NCBI GenBank assembly: GCA_019057795.1
Contig: JAHLWS010000058.1
Span: forward strand, 1-42,078
Origin: Promethearchaeota archaeon
GTDB taxonomy: Archaea; Asgardarchaeota; Lokiarchaeia; Sigyniarchaeales; SOKP01
Direction: 5' to 3'
Length of the DNA: 42,078 nucleotides
The stretch's first letter is position 1, and every line of letters starts with the position of its first letter. The notes beneath the pieces were generated by a model. It made no database searches. It was not told the origin of the DNA and saw nothing but the letters and a program-made list of their open reading frames with translations. A program made the translations under genes and the position numbers. This document shows positions 39,663 through 42,078 of the stretch, in pieces.

Positions 39663-39773
39663 TTAAAGTAATTCTGCAGGGGTAATAATTTCAATCTGTC
39701 TTAAATTATTTAATGTAATTATCATTCGCACAATATCTCTTGTTTTTTTTCTTACTATGTGTCTAAAATTCTA
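39663..39773 (-). pseudogene. 3' remnant of a PIN domain gene
   Basis: *NFRHIVRKKTRDIVRMIITLNNLRQIEIITPAELL* resembles WNFKHLVKRNTR...IEILAPPEL. Confidence 0.78.
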
Positions 39774-39894
39774 TTAAAATAGAGTAACTTTTTTTTTTTT
39801 TATTTCGCTGTATATTTTTAAATAATTTTTACTGGAGTACTGAAATTTTACAAGATTTGCATTCTATAAGGTATTATGTTAATAGAAAATATTC

Positions 39895-40080
39895 TTATAG
39901 AGTAGGATTAACAGATTTTTTCATTTTCTGTTTTTTTAAGTACTGAATTACACGGAAAAGATGCAATTCAAAAAGCATCTCATCTTGAGGGAACTCTTCT
40001 CTTAATTCAGTAATAATCTTATTTTTTTCCTTTTCTGACAGTTTAGCTTCTTTTAATAGATTTTCAATATCATATAACAT
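39895..40080 (-). CDS. Small PIN-associated hypothetical protein (candidate antitoxin)
   Basis: 61 aa, GAGGAG SD, directly downstream of PIN gene. Confidence 0.7.
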   Translation of the reverse strand: MLYDIENLLKEAKLSEKEKNKIITELREEFPQDEMLFELHLFRVIQYLKKQKMKKSVNPTL

Positions 40081-40094
40081 TTTTTTTCCCTCCT

Positions 40095-40537
40095 CTATAA
40101 CTCTGGTGGAGCTAGAATCTCAATTGATTTATAACCGTTTTTAAGATTTATTAAATTTACACCAATTCGAGTATTTCTTTTAACTAGGTGTTTAAAGTTC
40201 CAGCTGACTAATATATCCAACGAATAAACAGAAGTTAAAGCAACCAGTAAAGCATCGTTTTCGTATTTTTCTGGAATAAGACCTTCATCAATATAAATTT
40301 GAGTTAGTTTTTTCACTTCAGTTGAAATTTTTACATTTTTCTCATTTTTCAATAAGTCCTTCATTTTTTTTTTTAAATCTTCATCTGAAACAGCACTTAT
40401 TTCTTCTGTAATTATTTCAGAATAATAGTCATCATAGTATCCCAAAAATCTTGTGTCATTTTTTGACGATTTGGATCTCGATTATCAAATCTTGCACTGT
40501 ATACTGATGTATCAAGGAAAATTTTTAATTTTTTCAT
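40095..40537 (-). pseudogene. Frameshifted PIN domain toxin
   Basis: ATG 40537 gives MKKLKIFLDTSVYSARFD...FWDT, then shifts near 40435 to YSEIITEEI...NDALLVA...LVSWNFKHL; 443 nt, not a multiple of 3. Confidence 0.85.
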
Positions 40538-40792
40538 ATTAACTATTATTTATTGATATTTAATACTCTTTTAGGTTTATTCAATAAATATTAAACAATT
40601 TTAATTTAAATAATATCGTATTGAAGATATTCAATTCCATCCCGAATCGAATTACTATTTAAAATCCAATTTTCTATTTATTTAATATATTTTTTTTAAA
40701 TCATATTTCGGTTTTTTAATCTAGAAGAAATTCATTCTTTTTGGCATATCACTCATTTTTTTAAATATATTTTGCGACATATTCGAAAATTT

Positions 40793-41152
40793 CTATCCTA
40801 TTTTTTTTATGAATGATTCTGAACTAATTATTTTCAAATGGGGCTCGACTTCTTGAAGATATTGAAAATGAAGATCGTCAGATACTAATATGAGATTTTT
40901 GTTTACAGTAATAGTACCTATTAAAATATCGATAGTGGGTATAGGAGTACCTTTTTCTCTCAAAAGTAAGGCATATTTGAAAGCTTGCTCATAGTGAATT
41001 GTAGATGGAAATATTATTGTAATATTATCATATTTAGTGCCTAGAGGATACTCAATCAATGAAAGAATGGTCGTAAATATATCCTCTTTATTAAATTGCT
41101 TTATTCCCAATTTATTAAATTGAATTAATATATTAGTATCCAATAACCACAT
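40793..41152 (-). CDS. vapC: VapC/PIN toxin
   Basis: LLDTNILI, IEY, IDILIG, VSDDLHF. Confidence 0.9.
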   Translation of the reverse strand: MWLLDTNILIQFNKLGIKQFNKEDIFTTILSLIEYPLGTKYDNITIIFPSTIHYEQAFKYALLLREKGTPIPTIDILIGTITVNKNLILVSDDLHFQYLQEVEPHLKIISSESFIKKIG

Positions 41153-41460
41153 TATCCCTCTTTACTTCTCTCTAATCTTTCGTTCTCTAATTCTTGTAAA
41201 CTTTCTAATCGCTCATGTTCCTTTTTTTTTACTTTTTTAAAAAATAAAATTTCATCTTGTTCATTTAATTCTTCAATCTTCGATAATAATTTTGGATCTA
41301 ATCGTTTTCTAAAATCCTCGATGGATAATTCATCGATTTCTTCCACTTTTCTAAGATAAGTCATTATAGATTGACGTAGAATTTCAGTCCATTTAATTTC
41401 TGGATGTTCTTTCATTTTTTTGCGGAGGTCATCATCAACGCTAAAAGTGATATTCGTCAT
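41152..41460 (-). CDS. RHH-type antitoxin (VapB-like)
   Basis: MTNITFSVDDDL...HPEIKWTEILRQSI; 1-nt overlap with vapC. Confidence 0.82.
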   Translation of the reverse strand: MTNITFSVDDDLRKKMKEHPEIKWTEILRQSIMTYLRKVEEIDELSIEDFRKRLDPKLLSKIEELNEQDEILFFKKVKKKEHERLESLQELENERLERSKEG

Positions 41461-41556
41461 AAGGTATTTAAGGAAAATCCCTTATATAAGTTTTTTTATT
41501 TAATTGATATATTTTGATTAATTCCTAAATTTTGTGTATATATAAATAATTTTTTC

Positions 41557-42078
41557 TTAATTAATAAAATTGCGCACTTCGCATCCAAGCTGTAATTGCA
41601 AGCGATTTACTATGTGATCGAGCCCCTGTCGATTCAGACTTGCTTTAAATGGCGCTTTCACGCGTTTATTGAGCCATTCCAGATTTGCCCGACAGGCTTT
41701 CCCTAATTCTGGATGTTCGAGAAAGACTCTTGCAAATGCTATTATTTCCGATTTATATTTTTTAAGAGTCGTTATAGCAGTGTTTAATTTATAAGAGTAA
41801 TTCTTGTTTTGAGTTAAGGCGGCTATTTGCCGCACATCTACAAGATTATAGGACTCCCGATAAATTTCTCCGATCATGAGCGTCATTTCTCGATATTTCT
41901 TGAGAGTTGGATGTTGCCTTAAAAACTCCTCTATAAGTGTTTCTGCTTTAGGAGTAACCTTTTCTGGTTGTTTAAAAAGAAGAAATTGCTTTTTACTGAA
42001 TTCTCGTGCCTCTTCTTTTAGCGGTTTTCTAAACTTTAGACAGAGCGTTTTCAATTTTTTTAGGAGCTCTCCTTGAAC
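41557..42078 (-). mobile_element. C-terminal part of an ISL3-like transposase (runs off window)
   Basis: FLLFKQPEKVT..., HPTLKKY, TLKKYKSEIIAF, NLEWLNKRVK resemble ISL3 C-terminal motifs; no IR identified. Confidence 0.65.

Noticed and set aside
1-42078. tRNA or rRNA genes
   Set aside because: No cloverleaf/T-loop or rRNA-like GC-rich segment recognised by eye; tRNAscan-SE not run

Overview
AT-rich archaeal DNA, most likely an Asgard (Lokiarchaeia-like) genome. This is inferred from archaeal TATA/leaderless promoters, IorAB/ACD, an ISH3-type IS, multiple UROD-like and PIN/HEPN-MNT genes, and an LRR protein. The backbone is metabolic: a tusA-yeeE-dsrE/F/H-like sulfur relay, an ABC exporter, an ECH/acyl-CoA dehydrogenase/Etf/SDR/IorBA/ACD catabolic cluster, methyltransferases, TauE, UbiA, a CCG Fe-S protein and UROD-like TIM barrels. 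Three accessory zones stand out. (1) A complete ISH3-like IS (29854-33694; 17-bp TIRs, 5-bp ATACT target duplication) whose transposase is split by a 2308-nt group II intron (30996-33303) encoding an endonuclease-less RT/maturase. Removing the intron restores a 426-aa DDE transposase in frame, and the intron's EBS1/EBS2 match the transposase exon perfectly. (2) A ~5-kb island (about 17050-22125) bracketed by the ACD gene and a diverged copy of its 3' end. It carries a KTSC-DUF262 fusion plus an RxxxxH HEPN gene (candidate defence system), an unannotated C2H2 zinc-finger gene tail and an LRR gene. (3) A scrambled toxin-antitoxin cluster and a partial ISL3-like transposase at the right end.
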